64,000 nucleotides of DNA from a virus. This document shows positions 1 to 11,426 of this stretch, in pieces (position 1 is the stretch's first letter; the number at the start of each line of letters is the position of its first letter). A program made the translations under genes and the position numbers. Location: IMG/VR virus record IMGVR_UViG_3300016476_001289. One strand, given 5' to 3'. The notes beneath the pieces were generated by a model that was not told where the DNA came from, searched no databases, and saw only the letters and a program-made list of their open reading frames with translations.

Positions 1-104
1 TGATGTATGATCACGAATAGTGACCCCGCATACACAATATCGCCATCTTCATTTATCTCAAAATTGAGATTTGTTAGTCTTTTTAAATATCCTACAAGTT
101 CCAT
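1..104 (-). CDS. Hypothetical protein (partial, runs off window start)
   Basis: Hand-translated MELVGYLKRLTNLNFEINEDG..., AAAGG upstream; not in ORF track. Confidence 0.5.
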   Translation of the reverse strand, partial: MELVGYLKRLTNLNFEINEDGDIVYAGSLFVIIH

Positions 105-232
105 TTTTTACTGCCTTTCTTTATGATTGTTAGGTTTTTGTTTGTGTTGACCATTGCTTTAGCTTGGTGAAGCGTTAATTCACTAGCTATAGATTTTTTA
201 CCCTTGCTTGTTTTATCAATCACAAAATACAT
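92..232 (-). CDS. Small basic hypothetical protein (46 aa)
   Basis: Hand-translated MYFVIDKTSKGKKS...; start overlaps upstream stop (TAATG). Confidence 0.5.
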   Translation of the reverse strand: MYFVIDKTSKGKKSIASELTLHQAKAMVNTNKNLTIIKKGSKKWNL

Positions 233-360
233 TATTCGTCTTCTTCCTCAAGGTAGGATTCAATGATAAATTCTTCAAATTTATCACATGAATCATCAGA
301 TGATTCTAAACATTCTTCATCGACATATGATAAAATCATAAATTCTTCAAAGTCATTCAT
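232..360 (-). CDS. Very acidic 42-aa protein, first gene of a cassette
   Basis: MNDFEEFMILSYVDEECLESSDDSCDKFEEFIIESYLEEEDE, preceded by cassette-type RBS GAAAGGATTAAGCTATG. Confidence 0.65.
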   Translation of the reverse strand: MNDFEEFMILSYVDEECLESSDDSCDKFEEFIIESYLEEEDE

Positions 361-397
361 AGCTTAATCCTTTCATTGATTTATTGTTTTGCTATTT

Positions 398-645
398 CCT
401 ATACTCATTATATGTTTTAGGTGGAGTTTTTAAATCAGGTGAAAATGTTTATATATTTCAATAACTTACACGATTCGCCGCGCCACATAATATGTAGAAA
501 TCTAAGGTGATATAAAAGGCTATTATGTAGAAATCTTGCATAGGGTCCGCATACTTTCACCCCACTTCCACCCCCACCCCTAGATTTCTACATATTAAAA
601 GGCTAGATTTCTTCACAGGGGGTCCGCATACTTTTAGATTTCTTT
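398..645. repeat. Cassette junction: promoter-like arm (minus strand), box A copies and box B copies
   Basis: Box A at 492, 525 (fwd), 580, 603, ~634 (rev); box B at 543 and 620. Confidence 0.9.
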
Positions 646-654
646 CTCCTACCA

Positions 655-696
655 CAAAAAAAAACAACTCGATAAAGAGAAGCTTCTCTTTATCGA
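655..696 (-). terminator. Intrinsic terminator with a perfect 28-bp palindrome
   Basis: TCGATAAAGAGAAGCTTCTCTTTATCGA (669-696) followed on minus strand by a T-run. Confidence 0.8.
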
Positions 697-1059
697 TTAG
701 GTTCTTTCAATAAATTTAGCAGTGAAAATCTCATTTTCAATTTTAACTTTATAATAATTTGAATATTGAAAATCATGATAATACTTTTTGCCGTCAATTA
801 CTTCCCAGGTTTTATCGATAAAAAGTATAAATTCAACATTGATTAAATGGGTATTAAGATAAACTTCAGCATTTAAATCATAGTCTTTTATTCTAAAAGT
901 AATATCTTGACATTTTTCAATCTCTTCATGAAATTTATTTTCTAATGAATGATGAATCTCTTGATAAACACTTTCAATCATAAAATCATCATGATTTTTT
1001 TCAATCATTCTCTTTATAAAGCCTCGCATACCTATTTCGTATCTTAACTCTCTAATCAT
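697..1059 (-). CDS. Hypothetical cassette cargo protein
   Basis: Track ORF 697..1077; start moved to ATG 1059 after GAAAGGATTTAAAGCT. Confidence 0.75.
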   Translation of the reverse strand: MIRELRYEIGMRGFIKRMIEKNHDDFMIESVYQEIHHSLENKFHEEIEKCQDITFRIKDYDLNAEVYLNTHLINVEFILFIDKTWEVIDGKKYYHDFQYSNYYKVKIENEIFTAKFIERT

Positions 1060-1094
1060 AGCTTTAAATCCTTTCATTGATTTATTTGTTAATT

Positions 1095-1494
1095 GCTATA
1101 CTCATTATATGTTTTAGGTGAGATTTTTAATATAGGTGAAAATGTTTATATATATCAATAACTTACACGATTCCCACATCCTGATAATATGTAGAAATCT
1201 AAAAGGATAAAATGTAGAAATCTAGGTGAAACCCCTATAATGTCCGCATACTTATCACCCCACCCTAGATTTCTACATATAAAGCCATAAGGATATTTTA
1301 TTCACCCAAATACATGGTCCGCATACTTTCACCATACTCGCCCTAGATTTCTACATTTTAGGGTATTTCTAATATTCACCTAGACCCCTTAGATTTCTAC
1401 ATATTATCAGTATATGTAAATCTCGTAAGTGATTAAAATGTATAGCTTTTTTTACCTACATTAAAATTATCACCTAAAACATATATTGAGTATA
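1095..1494. repeat. Bidirectional hub (type I): inverted promoter arms around box A/box B core
   Basis: Box A fwd 1189, 1212, rev 1265, 1343, 1389; box B ~1242, ~1316; arms ending CACCTAAAACATATA(A/T)TGAGTATA on both strands. Confidence 0.9.
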
Positions 1495-1556
1495 ACTTAA
1501 CAACATAGATGATTGTTAAGTCTTTTAACATAGCTTAACATAAAGGATATAATGCT

Positions 1557-2057
1557 ATGACAAGTTTCAATAAAACTCAATTTCTTTCTCAATTTGCTTC
1601 TTTTACTCCTAAAAATGAATGGGAAGAAAAATTTAGTAAATCTCTTCACCGACAAGTAGAAAAGTATGGTAAAGAGTTATCTGAAAAACAAATTGAATGT
1701 TGGACAAAATTAATTGCTCCTAAGACTCAAGTTAAGGTAGAATCTTTATCTGAAACTGCTTTAAGTGAATTAACAAAAGCAAATAATGTTCTTGTTTATG
1801 CTACTGAAGTTAAAGATATTGAATTTGCTAAAAGCTTAAAATCTCAAATTTTAGAAGGTAAAGAACTTAGCTCAAAACAAGCTTATTTCTTAGGATTAAT
1901 TGAGAAAAGAGTAAGCCCAAAGGTTGAAGCTCCTAAGGTTGAAACTGCTAAAGCTCCTAAGACTGCTAAAGCTAAGGTTGAAGCTCCTAAGGTTGAAGCT
2001 CCTAAGACTGCTAAAACTGCTAAAGCTAAAAAAGAAGTAAAAACATTACCATTCTAA
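1557..2057 (+). CDS. Two-repeat LSEKQ-type helical protein with Lys/Ala/Pro tail; paralog of 29939..30394
   Basis: Two F(S/A)KSL..Q...GKELS.KQ repeats; PKVEAPKTAK tail. Confidence 0.85.
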   Translation: MTSFNKTQFLSQFASFTPKNEWEEKFSKSLHRQVEKYGKELSEKQIECWTKLIAPKTQVKVESLSETALSELTKANNVLVYATEVKDIEFAKSLKSQILEGKELSSKQAYFLGLIEKRVSPKVEAPKVETAKAPKTAKAKVEAPKVEAPKTAKTAKAKKEVKTLPF

Positions 2058-2066
2058 TTAGCTTGT

Positions 2067-2226
2067 CTTAACTAGCTTATTGACTTAATTGTCTTTAAGC
2101 TAGTTAAGGTTTTTTTTTGTTTAGGAAGCAAGAAGTCTATCCTACCCCCTAGCAGATAAAGAAATCTAGCCTTTAATATGTAGAAATCTAGGGTGGTAAA
2201 TAAATTGATATTTTTGTATGCGACCC
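2067..2226 (+). terminator. Terminator hairpin, T-run and cassette end (box A x2, box B variant)
   Basis: 13-bp stem 2067-2079/2096-2108, T-run, AGAAATCTAG 2160, ATGTAGAAATCTAG 2178, GTATGCGACCCC ~2216. Confidence 0.85.
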
Positions 2227-2799
2227 CTATAGACATACTTTATAGGTGGGTTTAGGTAATAGCTTAATAATATCTATCACATCTAAATTATCTATAATCC
2301 TAACTCTACCATCCTGAACACTCCCATCCTTAAATGAAGGGATTAAATCACCCATAGTCTTAGGTTGATAGACATCAAAAATATCTTTAGGGATTTTAAA
2401 TTCAGTAGGAACACTTGTCTTTTCAGCTAAGATATAATCTGGATCTAAATAAGCTAATACTTCACCTTTAACAGCAAAGATAAAAGGATCTGTTAAATTG
2501 GATCTATCTTTTAAACCTAAGCTATCAGATAAAACTTTAACCACATGGGTGATAACATTAGATTTTCCTCTTAATCTTTGGTGAAGTATAATATATTCAC
2601 CTTGAGTTTCTTTAAACTTATTAGGACAATGTGAATAAATATTACCTGTAGGTAAATTGACACCTAAAGAGATAGGTGTCAATAAAGAACTTTTTGTTTT
2701 AGGTTTAGAATGTATAGAACATAAACCATCTTTTTCTTGGTGAAGATATCCAAACTTATTAGGATTCTCCTGATGATTAATTAACTTATGATAGATCAT
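2227..2799 (-). CDS. Hypothetical protein
   Basis: 190-aa ORF with AAGGAG RBS. Confidence 0.7.
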   Translation of the reverse strand: MIYHKLINHQENPNKFGYLHQEKDGLCSIHSKPKTKSSLLTPISLGVNLPTGNIYSHCPNKFKETQGEYIILHQRLRGKSNVITHVVKVLSDSLGLKDRSNLTDPFIFAVKGEVLAYLDPDYILAEKTSVPTEFKIPKDIFDVYQPKTMGDLIPSFKDGSVQDGRVRIIDNLDVIDIIKLLPKPTYKVCL

Positions 2800-2935
2800 A
2801 TAAACTCCTTATAGGTGAATAAAGATAAACCATATTATATTATTCACTTATAAGGCAGTATCTTCACCTTAAGATTATCACCTATAAGATTCACCTATAG
2901 GATTAGTCTATAATAATATAATATTATAGTCAGTA

Positions 2936-3056
2936 CATAATACTATTATAGACTATATAATATACTAAGAAGAATATAATACTATTATAGACTATAATAT
3001 ACTTAAAAGACATAATACTATTATAGTCTATAATACACCTAAGAGAAACATAATAT
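2936..3056. repeat. AT-rich ~35-40-bp tandem repeats with palindromic core TATTATAG-N-CTATAATA
   Basis: Cores at 2944 (imperfect), 2983-2999, 3019-3035, upstream of a multi-HTH gene. Confidence 0.8.
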
Positions 3057-3117
3057 CTTATATACTGTTAGTCCTATATTTCCTATAATATAGTCCTATA
3101 AGGAGAAAGGACTCATT

Positions 3118-4248
3118 ATGTTAGATAAAGAAAAATTAGAAGAACTATTTAATCAATTCACCATTAAAGATATTAGTGGAATACTTAATACTAGTCCAGC
3201 TAATGTTAGAAAACATATTAAAATCTATGATCTAAAAAAACCTATCAGAGATAAAAACAAAAAAGCAATAGATCCTAATCTTATTCATTCTCTCTTTAAT
3301 GAAGGTAAATCTATAGTCCTTATAGCTAAAGAACTTAATGCTAGTTATGACTGTATAGCTAACTTCCTTAAACCATCTAAAATTAAAAACTCTAAATACT
3401 CCACCTTAAAAGTTTTATATGCCACCCAAAAGAAGTCTATTCCTGAAATTTCTAAAATTCTAAATATATCACCCACCACCATCTGGAGATGGATAAAGAG
3501 ATATAATTTACAAAGACACTCACCTATAACTAAACCCACCCTACAAGACCTGTATCTAAATAAAAAACTACCTATTTACCAAATAGCTAAAAAACTTAAT
3601 ATCCCTATTGATGATGTCTCCATAGCTATTAAAAACTATGACCTGAAAAACACCCACCCTCAAATCTCTAAAGAACAAATATTAAACTTTTACCCCGCCT
3701 TGTCTCTTAAAGAAACTTCTTCTATTTTAAATATCCCTATAACACACTTTATGAAACTCTTATCCTCCTATAATATACCTATAAGAAAAAAAGGTAAAAC
3801 ACCTATAACCATATCCCAAGAGGTCTTATCTGATTTATACATCACCCAAAATAAATCAATAGATGCCATCTCTACTATACTTAAAGTAAGCGATAAAGTT
3901 ATTAGACAGAGAATTAAACTCTATGGTCTTATTAAACACTCTAAAGCAACTAAAAATAAAGTCTTATCTATCTCTAAAAGAGAACTTGAAAACCTTTACT
4001 CTTTTGAAGGTATCAAAGCTGTCTGTTCTAAATTTAATGTCACTCTTAAAGCTGTTAAAGATGCCCTAGATAAATATGGTATTCTCCACAATAGTAATAA
4101 ACTCCCTAAAGAAAGAATTATAGACCTATATGTAAATACCTATGCTGTATATAAAGCACATATAGCTATTGATGAAATAGCTAAAGAACTTAATCTATCA
4201 AGAAGAGAAATTACAGAGTTTATAAGATATAATAAAATTAAAAGATAG
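3118..4248 (+). CDS. Multi-helix-turn-helix repeat DNA-binding protein
   Basis: About 8 repeats of L..LY...KSI.EI.K.LN.S...I...IK.Y.L. Confidence 0.8.
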   Translation: MLDKEKLEELFNQFTIKDISGILNTSPANVRKHIKIYDLKKPIRDKNKKAIDPNLIHSLFNEGKSIVLIAKELNASYDCIANFLKPSKIKNSKYSTLKVLYATQKKSIPEISKILNISPTTIWRWIKRYNLQRHSPITKPTLQDLYLNKKLPIYQIAKKLNIPIDDVSIAIKNYDLKNTHPQISKEQILNFYPALSLKETSSILNIPITHFMKLLSSYNIPIRKKGKTPITISQEVLSDLYITQNKSIDAISTILKVSDKVIRQRIKLYGLIKHSKATKNKVLSISKRELENLYSFEGIKAVCSKFNVTLKAVKDALDKYGILHNSNKLPKERIIDLYVNTYAVYKAHIAIDEIAKELNLSRREITEFIRYNKIKR

Positions 4249-4288
4249 GTATTATATATAGCCCACTCATATTAGAATAAGGATATAT

Positions 4289-4540
4289 ATGCTATATACT
4301 GAACCTGAATTAGAAGATATTGATATTAATGAAGATGAAGATATAATTTTCATCTTACATAAAGGTGGAGACTTTTCTATTATTCCACCTGAAGATGAAG
4401 ATAAAGTTTCCCATATACAAGTATTACTACTAGAACAAATATTAGTATCTGTAAGACCTTCTATATTTTTATTGATCGCCCTTAAAACAGAAATTGCTTT
4501 TGTAAAGTTATGGAACTGGATTGTAAATAGAGATTCTTGA
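4289..4540 (+). CDS. Small protein of the EPSW-like family (see 20803, 21350)
   Basis: Aligns by eye with 20803..21012 and the C-terminus of 21350..21928. Confidence 0.7.
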   Translation: MLYTEPELEDIDINEDEDIIFILHKGGDFSIIPPEDEDKVSHIQVLLLEQILVSVRPSIFLLIALKTEIAFVKLWNWIVNRDS

Positions 4541-4601
4541 CATTTACATTTATGGTATTATATATAACCAAACTTCACCCTATATATAGGAGATTATATA
4601 A

Positions 4602-4862
4602 ATGAGCATTATTAAGCCCCTTAGAGATTCCGTTCTCATTAAAAAAGACACACCTGATGTAAAAACCGCTAGTGGTTTATATATCCCTGCTACAAGTAAT
4701 ACTAATCAAACCACAGGCACTGTTGTTGCCGTTGGTAAAGATGTTAAAGAAATTAGTGTTAATGACACCGTTGTGTTCCTATCCCCTGGTATTGAACTCA
4801 CCCAAGATAATCAAAAAGTTTATCTTATGAGTGAAACAGATATTCTCGCTATACTTGGATAA
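4602..4862 (+). CDS. groES: Co-chaperonin GroES
   Basis: IKPLRDSVLI, mobile loop KTASGLYIP, GTVVAVG, ETDILAIL. Confidence 0.92.
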   Translation: MSIIKPLRDSVLIKKDTPDVKTASGLYIPATSNTNQTTGTVVAVGKDVKEISVNDTVVFLSPGIELTQDNQKVYLMSETDILAILG

Positions 4863-4864
4863 CC

Positions 4865-6701
<1,837 letters not shown>

Positions 6702-6705
6702 AATA

Positions 6706-7254
6706 CTAAATAGTGGTTTGAGATAATGTATATTTAACACCGAAGTGTAAAGATTTACCACCTGGTCTAGACCCTTTCTTTAAGGTGCTTTTTTTAGCCC
6801 ATAAGAATTGATCTGTTTCACCATCATTAGAAACCAAGTTCCATTTTTCTTTTTGATCTAATGTAATATCAGCTATAAAAGTAATATATCTAAAACCACA
6901 ATCTTCATATTCAGTTTTCTTAATGATTTGAGCATTATTGAATTTAGGTGGTAAAGAACCACATTCTTCTTTAACTTCTTTTCTAGCTGTTCTTAAAAAT
7001 ATAGTGTCATTAGTAATAGGATCATCTATAGGTGTATCATTCCAATCTTCACCACCTAACCCACCACCTGCAATCCCCCATGTGTTAGGTTGATCTACCC
7101 AGGATGCTCTTAAAAGAAGTAATACGGTATCGTCTTCAGAACAGATAAACATCATACCTGCTCCTCCCTTACCCCAATATTGTTTTTTCTTACATTTAGC
7201 AAATAAAGACTTTGCTATCCTATTTAAGATCTTAGATTTCTTATTGTCTAACAT
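6706..7254 (-). CDS. NUDIX hydrolase
   Basis: GAG..F, WGIAGGG...TARKEVKEECG Nudix box with insertion. Confidence 0.85.
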   Translation of the reverse strand: MLDNKKSKILNRIAKSLFAKCKKKQYWGKGGAGMMFICSEDDTVLLLLRASWVDQPNTWGIAGGGLGGEDWNDTPIDDPITNDTIFLRTARKEVKEECGSLPPKFNNAQIIKKTEYEDCGFRYITFIADITLDQKEKWNLVSNDGETDQFLWAKKSTLKKGSRPGGKSLHFGVKYTLSQTTI

Positions 7255-7299
7255 ATTAATATCTCTCCCTTATGTTTCTTTACACATAAGAAAGAGATA

Positions 7300-8214
7300 T
7301 TATAAAGATATTAATTGCTCTGCTAAACTTAATACATCCTTAGACCAGTATTGTGAAGGTCTAGGTTTAGATGTAGTACCTACAATAGCTTCACAAGTAG
7401 TAATACTATCTATCCATTGTTTAGGTAGAGATTTAAGACCATAAACAGCACCAAATAAAGCACCTAAGATCGCACTATGGGTATCCGCATCACCCCCTTT
7501 TCTTATAGTTATATCTAGTGCCTTAACTATATCTCCTGTATGATATAGGTGATACATAGCATTCTGAATACCTACAAGACAAGTGCCTTTAAACATATTA
7601 GTAGGTGCTTTAGTTTTAGCTTGTATTAAAGTTTCTCTTACCTTAGGTATAGTCGCCCAATCTACCATTTGTTGAAATAAATCTTTAGGTGCTATATCTG
7701 ATCTAATAGCAAGACTAATAGCCCTAGCATATATACTATTTACTTCAAAGACAATATCATTTTCATGAGTACATTCAGCATCAGCAATAGCTAATGCACC
7801 TACTATATCTAAGTCTTTATTTACACCATATATACCTATAGGGGCAATTCTCATAAGAGCACCATTAGATATAGATTCAGGGTTATACAAGTCATGCCAT
7901 AAAGCATTACTTGTAGTAGTGCCTATATCAAAAGGCTTACTCTCAGACCAATCTTTATAAGCATTTAAGACATTAGTGTAATTAAACTCTTTATCTCTAA
8001 TAAGAGTCCTAGCAAGAGTGATAGCAAGTTCACCATCATCAGTAGGTTGACCTGCTCTTAAATCAAAAGTGCCACCTCTATTTATTAGATCTTTAAACCC
8101 TTTAGGGTAAAGAGATTTTACAATATCAGGTGATTGAAATTCAACTAATGCACCTAAGTTATCACCTGCAATTAAACCTGCAAAGCAACCTTGAGCTTTT
8201 TCTAATACATTCAT
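7300..8214 (-). CDS. ADP-ribosylglycohydrolase (DraG/ARH family)
   Basis: GDNLGALVEF, GQPTDDGE, SNGALMRIAP, GGDADT motifs. Confidence 0.95.
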   Translation of the reverse strand: MNVLEKAQGCFAGLIAGDNLGALVEFQSPDIVKSLYPKGFKDLINRGGTFDLRAGQPTDDGELAITLARTLIRDKEFNYTNVLNAYKDWSESKPFDIGTTTSNALWHDLYNPESISNGALMRIAPIGIYGVNKDLDIVGALAIADAECTHENDIVFEVNSIYARAISLAIRSDIAPKDLFQQMVDWATIPKVRETLIQAKTKAPTNMFKGTCLVGIQNAMYHLYHTGDIVKALDITIRKGGDADTHSAILGALFGAVYGLKSLPKQWIDSITTCEAIVGTTSKPRPSQYWSKDVLSLAEQLISL

Positions 8215-8910
8215 TTATTTGTCCTTTCCTTTTACATATTTTTTAGCGATTCCATATTGTATCCTTAAATAAGATACAAGAGATTGACTGACCCCTAGAA
8301 TTTGAGCTATTTCACTTTGTTTTAAGTGGGAGAGTTTTTCTAGTTCTTCTTTAGAAGGTCTTTTGAGACCTAGATCAAGTTCCCTTCTCCATTTAACGAC
8401 AGTCCCTGCACTTACCTTATATTTAGTAGCAGTTTCATTTACACTTAAGTTTTTAAGATCTTCTCTAGGTGGTAAAGGTATCTTCCTAACTTTTCCTTTA
8501 GTGGGAAGGAAAGTAATCCCATATTCTTTTCCCCATAGAGAAACAGATTGTTTAGTAACACCATAAAATTCTGCTATTTGTTTTTGAGATAGGTGAGTTA
8601 ATTTTTCTAGTTCTTCTTTACTAGGTTTAATTATATCTTCTTTCTCTTTACGAGCAAATTTTAAATCATAAACCCTTGCCCATAGTCTTACACAAGATAT
8701 TTTAACTTGGTATTTCTCAGCTATTTGATATACATTTAAGTGGGAGAGTTTTTCTAGTTCTTCTTTACTAGGTCTTTTCTTAGAAAAAGAAATACCATAG
8801 GATTTAGAAACAGAATAAATCGTTGCTAAAGAGACACCTAGTTTTTCAGCTACCTGTTTGTAAGTTAGGTGGGTAAGTTCTTCTAATACTTCTCTAGTTA
8901 AAAAAGTCAT
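8215..8910 (-). CDS. Multi-HTH repeat protein
   Basis: Five repeats like PSKEELEKLSHL...QIAE.YGVS...V..W. Confidence 0.8.
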   Translation of the reverse strand: MTFLTREVLEELTHLTYKQVAEKLGVSLATIYSVSKSYGISFSKKRPSKEELEKLSHLNVYQIAEKYQVKISCVRLWARVYDLKFARKEKEDIIKPSKEELEKLTHLSQKQIAEFYGVTKQSVSLWGKEYGITFLPTKGKVRKIPLPPREDLKNLSVNETATKYKVSAGTVVKWRRELDLGLKRPSKEELEKLSHLKQSEIAQILGVSQSLVSYLRIQYGIAKKYVKGKDK

Positions 8911-9141
8911 TTATTTGTTCCTTAAAAAGATTTTATGTGCAAGTGAGTAGTAATCTGCGTCATGTTCTTCTACTTCTACATAGGAAGTTTTATCCACAAT
9001 AGAATCCCAGTTATGGGGAATCTCATTTATACCGAATGGGTAAAAGAGATTTTCATTTTCATCATCTACAATAACATATAAAGTTCCACCTTCAAGTAAA
9101 TCTATTGAGTGGGAATTGAAGTGTATAATTGACTTGTACAT
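8911..9141 (-). CDS. Hypothetical protein
   Basis: Abutting ORF in leftward operon, AAGGAG RBS. Confidence 0.7.
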   Translation of the reverse strand: MYKSIIHFNSHSIDLLEGGTLYVIVDDENENLFYPFGINEIPHNWDSIVDKTSYVEVEEHDADYYSLAHKIFLRNK

Positions 9142-9142
9142 T

Positions 9143-9910
9143 TTATTTACTCTCCTTATTAAGACAAGATAGTGTTTTTTGGATCATCTCAGCAGAAAGC
9201 ATACCTGCTTTTCTTTTAATGTTTAAAGTTAAATTGTTTAGATCTATAATATCAAAATCTTCTTTTATGTTTGTATTCCTGCCTAAATCATCTTCTACTT
9301 CTTTTTCAAGAGGAATGGTGAAAGTTGCAGAATCTTTATATCCATTGATACGAATTTTCTCTATTGTCTTAGAAGTTAAAAGTTTATATGTTTTACTAGA
9401 AGGCTTAGTCCATGTTGTGATACCGTTACCATCACAACTAAACCTTACTTCATTTGTAATCTTATGGGTGGTATTATCCGTGAACTTAAACTCTACGGTA
9501 TTAGAGTCATCATAGCATTTTATGTGGGATGCTATAAAAGACAATAGAATATCGCCTTTTAATAAAGTTACTTTAATCATAAGAAAGTTATTGTCTAAGG
9601 ATAAATGGAAGTATTTATTAGAATAAGAAAGACTACCATCAATTTCATCTTTAATTTCTTTAAAGAGAAACTTCTTACAATCCTCTTCAATAAAATTTCT
9701 TTTTCTCTCTAAGAGAAGTTCTGTTCTTAAATTCGTTTCTTCTCTTATATATTCTTGAGTTCGTCTTTTCTTCTCTTGTTCTATAAGAGTCTTTCTCTTT
9801 TCTTCTTCTTGTCTTAACTTTTCTTCTTTGTTAATTCCAGAATCTAAAGGTAATTCTTTAGTTTCAGTACAAGCAAAAACAAAACATACACATAACAATA
9901 AATATCTCAT
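9143..9910 (-). CDS. Putative lipoprotein with coiled coil
   Basis: MRYLLLCVCFVFA-C lipobox-like N-terminus. Confidence 0.6.
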   Translation of the reverse strand: MRYLLLCVCFVFACTETKELPLDSGINKEEKLRQEEEKRKTLIEQEKKRRTQEYIREETNLRTELLLERKRNFIEEDCKKFLFKEIKDEIDGSLSYSNKYFHLSLDNNFLMIKVTLLKGDILLSFIASHIKCYDDSNTVEFKFTDNTTHKITNEVRFSCDGNGITTWTKPSSKTYKLLTSKTIEKIRINGYKDSATFTIPLEKEVEDDLGRNTNIKEDFDIIDLNNLTLNIKRKAGMLSAEMIQKTLSCLNKESK

Positions 9911-9911
9911 T

Positions 9912-10187
9912 TTATTTTCCTTCTTTTAGGGTTCGCATTTTATCTTCTAGTATAAGGTTTTCTTCTCTATACGCTCTTGATACTATCTCTAAAGTAAGAT
10001 AGTTATTTTTCATTCTCTCATATTTTTCTATATGTTCATAGATCAATGAGAATAGACTAAGCACCCAGGTGGTGCTCAATGGTATTGTAAAGGCAAATAA
10101 CAAAAAGACTTTTATCATCTCATTTTCTGTCTTTAAAAATACCGACCAACATATTGTGAGTAAACAAGTTATATATATCGTAATCAT
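9912..10187 (-). CDS. Small two-TM membrane protein
   Basis: Two hydrophobic segments then a coiled coil. Confidence 0.6.
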   Translation of the reverse strand: MITIYITCLLTICWSVFLKTENEMIKVFLLFAFTIPLSTTWVLSLFSLIYEHIEKYERMKNNYLTLEIVSRAYREENLILEDKMRTLKEGK

Positions 10188-10188
10188 A

Positions 10189-10923
10189 TTAATGAGTGAA
10201 GTTATTTGTGATATACTCTACAAAAGTATCTCTTGGGATAGGTGGTATTTTACCAGCATCTACAAAATTATCTGTTCCTTTTACCCACATAGCTACTTTC
10301 ACTTGTGCTTCAATTTCCATATCACCTAAAATATAGGTGAGTCTTACATTAGTTCTCATATCTAATATATGTATATATGCTGAACGATTTTCAATATACA
10401 TCGTTATTTGCTTATCTATCTTTTTCTGAAACCCTTGAGCTATCTTATAGAAAGTATATGTTTCTATATTACTATCAATATTACATATCTTATTTTTGAA
10501 ATTAGAAGGATTAATATAACTTCCTGTTACAATATTTGTATACCATTTGGACATTAAATTCTTTACAATGGTATCTAATATAAGGTAGGTGTCATTTTGT
10601 AATTGATGACTTTTACTATAATATAGGATATTGTTATCTTTATGGTTTAATCGATTTGCTTCAAATAACTCCTGTGCTTTATGAAACTCACCCACTAAAG
10701 ATTTTATATTCTCTAAGAGATAATCTTCATTAAGATACTTTTTAAAATCTTCACCAAGTTTTAAATCTTCAACTTTATAATCTTTGTTGAGTCCTAAGTA
10801 TCTTCTTTGAGTCTTTTGTATTTTTTCAAGTAGATCTATTGATTCTCTAATAGAATCAATTTCTCTTAGAAATTTATTTTCAATGTCTTTTTTGTTTTGT
10901 AAATCTTCTACATAAGTTGTCAT
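10189..10923 (-). CDS. Hypothetical protein, paralog of 41184..41948
   Basis: Shared MTTY(V/I)E.L, PSNFKN, MW.KGTD...PP.PRD.F. Confidence 0.8.
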   Translation of the reverse strand: MTTYVEDLQNKKDIENKFLREIDSIRESIDLLEKIQKTQRRYLGLNKDYKVEDLKLGEDFKKYLNEDYLLENIKSLVGEFHKAQELFEANRLNHKDNNILYYSKSHQLQNDTYLILDTIVKNLMSKWYTNIVTGSYINPSNFKNKICNIDSNIETYTFYKIAQGFQKKIDKQITMYIENRSAYIHILDMRTNVRLTYILGDMEIEAQVKVAMWVKGTDNFVDAGKIPPIPRDTFVEYITNNFTH

Positions 10924-10929
10924 ATTTTT

Positions 10930-11145
10930 TTAGCCTTCAAAAGTTTCTGTTAATTCAATAGGTGTTTGGTTATTCATTTCATCTTGGATAATCTCTTTTG
11001 TTAAAGAGATAGCATTATAGATGTTTTTGTAATGTTGGTCCGCATTGTCTGTAATAAGACTCTCTTCAAGTAATGAGAGAATGCTTAAAATGTTAATTGT
11101 CTTAATCTCATAGAGTTTATTATCGACTACAATTTTTTTACTCAT
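10930..11145 (-). CDS. Hypothetical protein
   Basis: Operon-packed ORF with AAGGA RBS. Confidence 0.65.
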   Translation of the reverse strand: MSKKIVVDNKLYEIKTINILSILSLLEESLITDNADQHYKNIYNAISLTKEIIQDEMNNQTPIELTETFEG

Positions 11146-11354
11146 AGTAAATCCTTTAAATGTTTAGCTTTTGTCTGGTGAATCCTATAAACTTCCATAC
11201 CATTAAATTCTATCATGTCACCTACTCTTGAAGTTCTTTTAAACTCATTAAGTTCAGTAACATCAATTTTATCCATTCTTAGAAAACGAATAAAATCTTC
11301 AAATTTAACAAGCAGGGGCATTGTCTCATTAACTTGTTTTAGTAGAACGAGCAT
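11142..11354 (-). CDS. Hypothetical protein
   Basis: Operon-packed ORF with AAGGA RBS. Confidence 0.65.
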   Translation of the reverse strand: MLVLLKQVNETMPLLVKFEDFIRFLRMDKIDVTELNEFKRTSRVGDMIEFNGMEVYRIHQTKAKHLKDLL

Positions 11355-11426
11355 TTATTTTCCTTTCTTTGCTTTAATGTTTTCAATGATTATGTGATCT
11401 AACATAGTTTAGTTGTTCCTTTCTTA

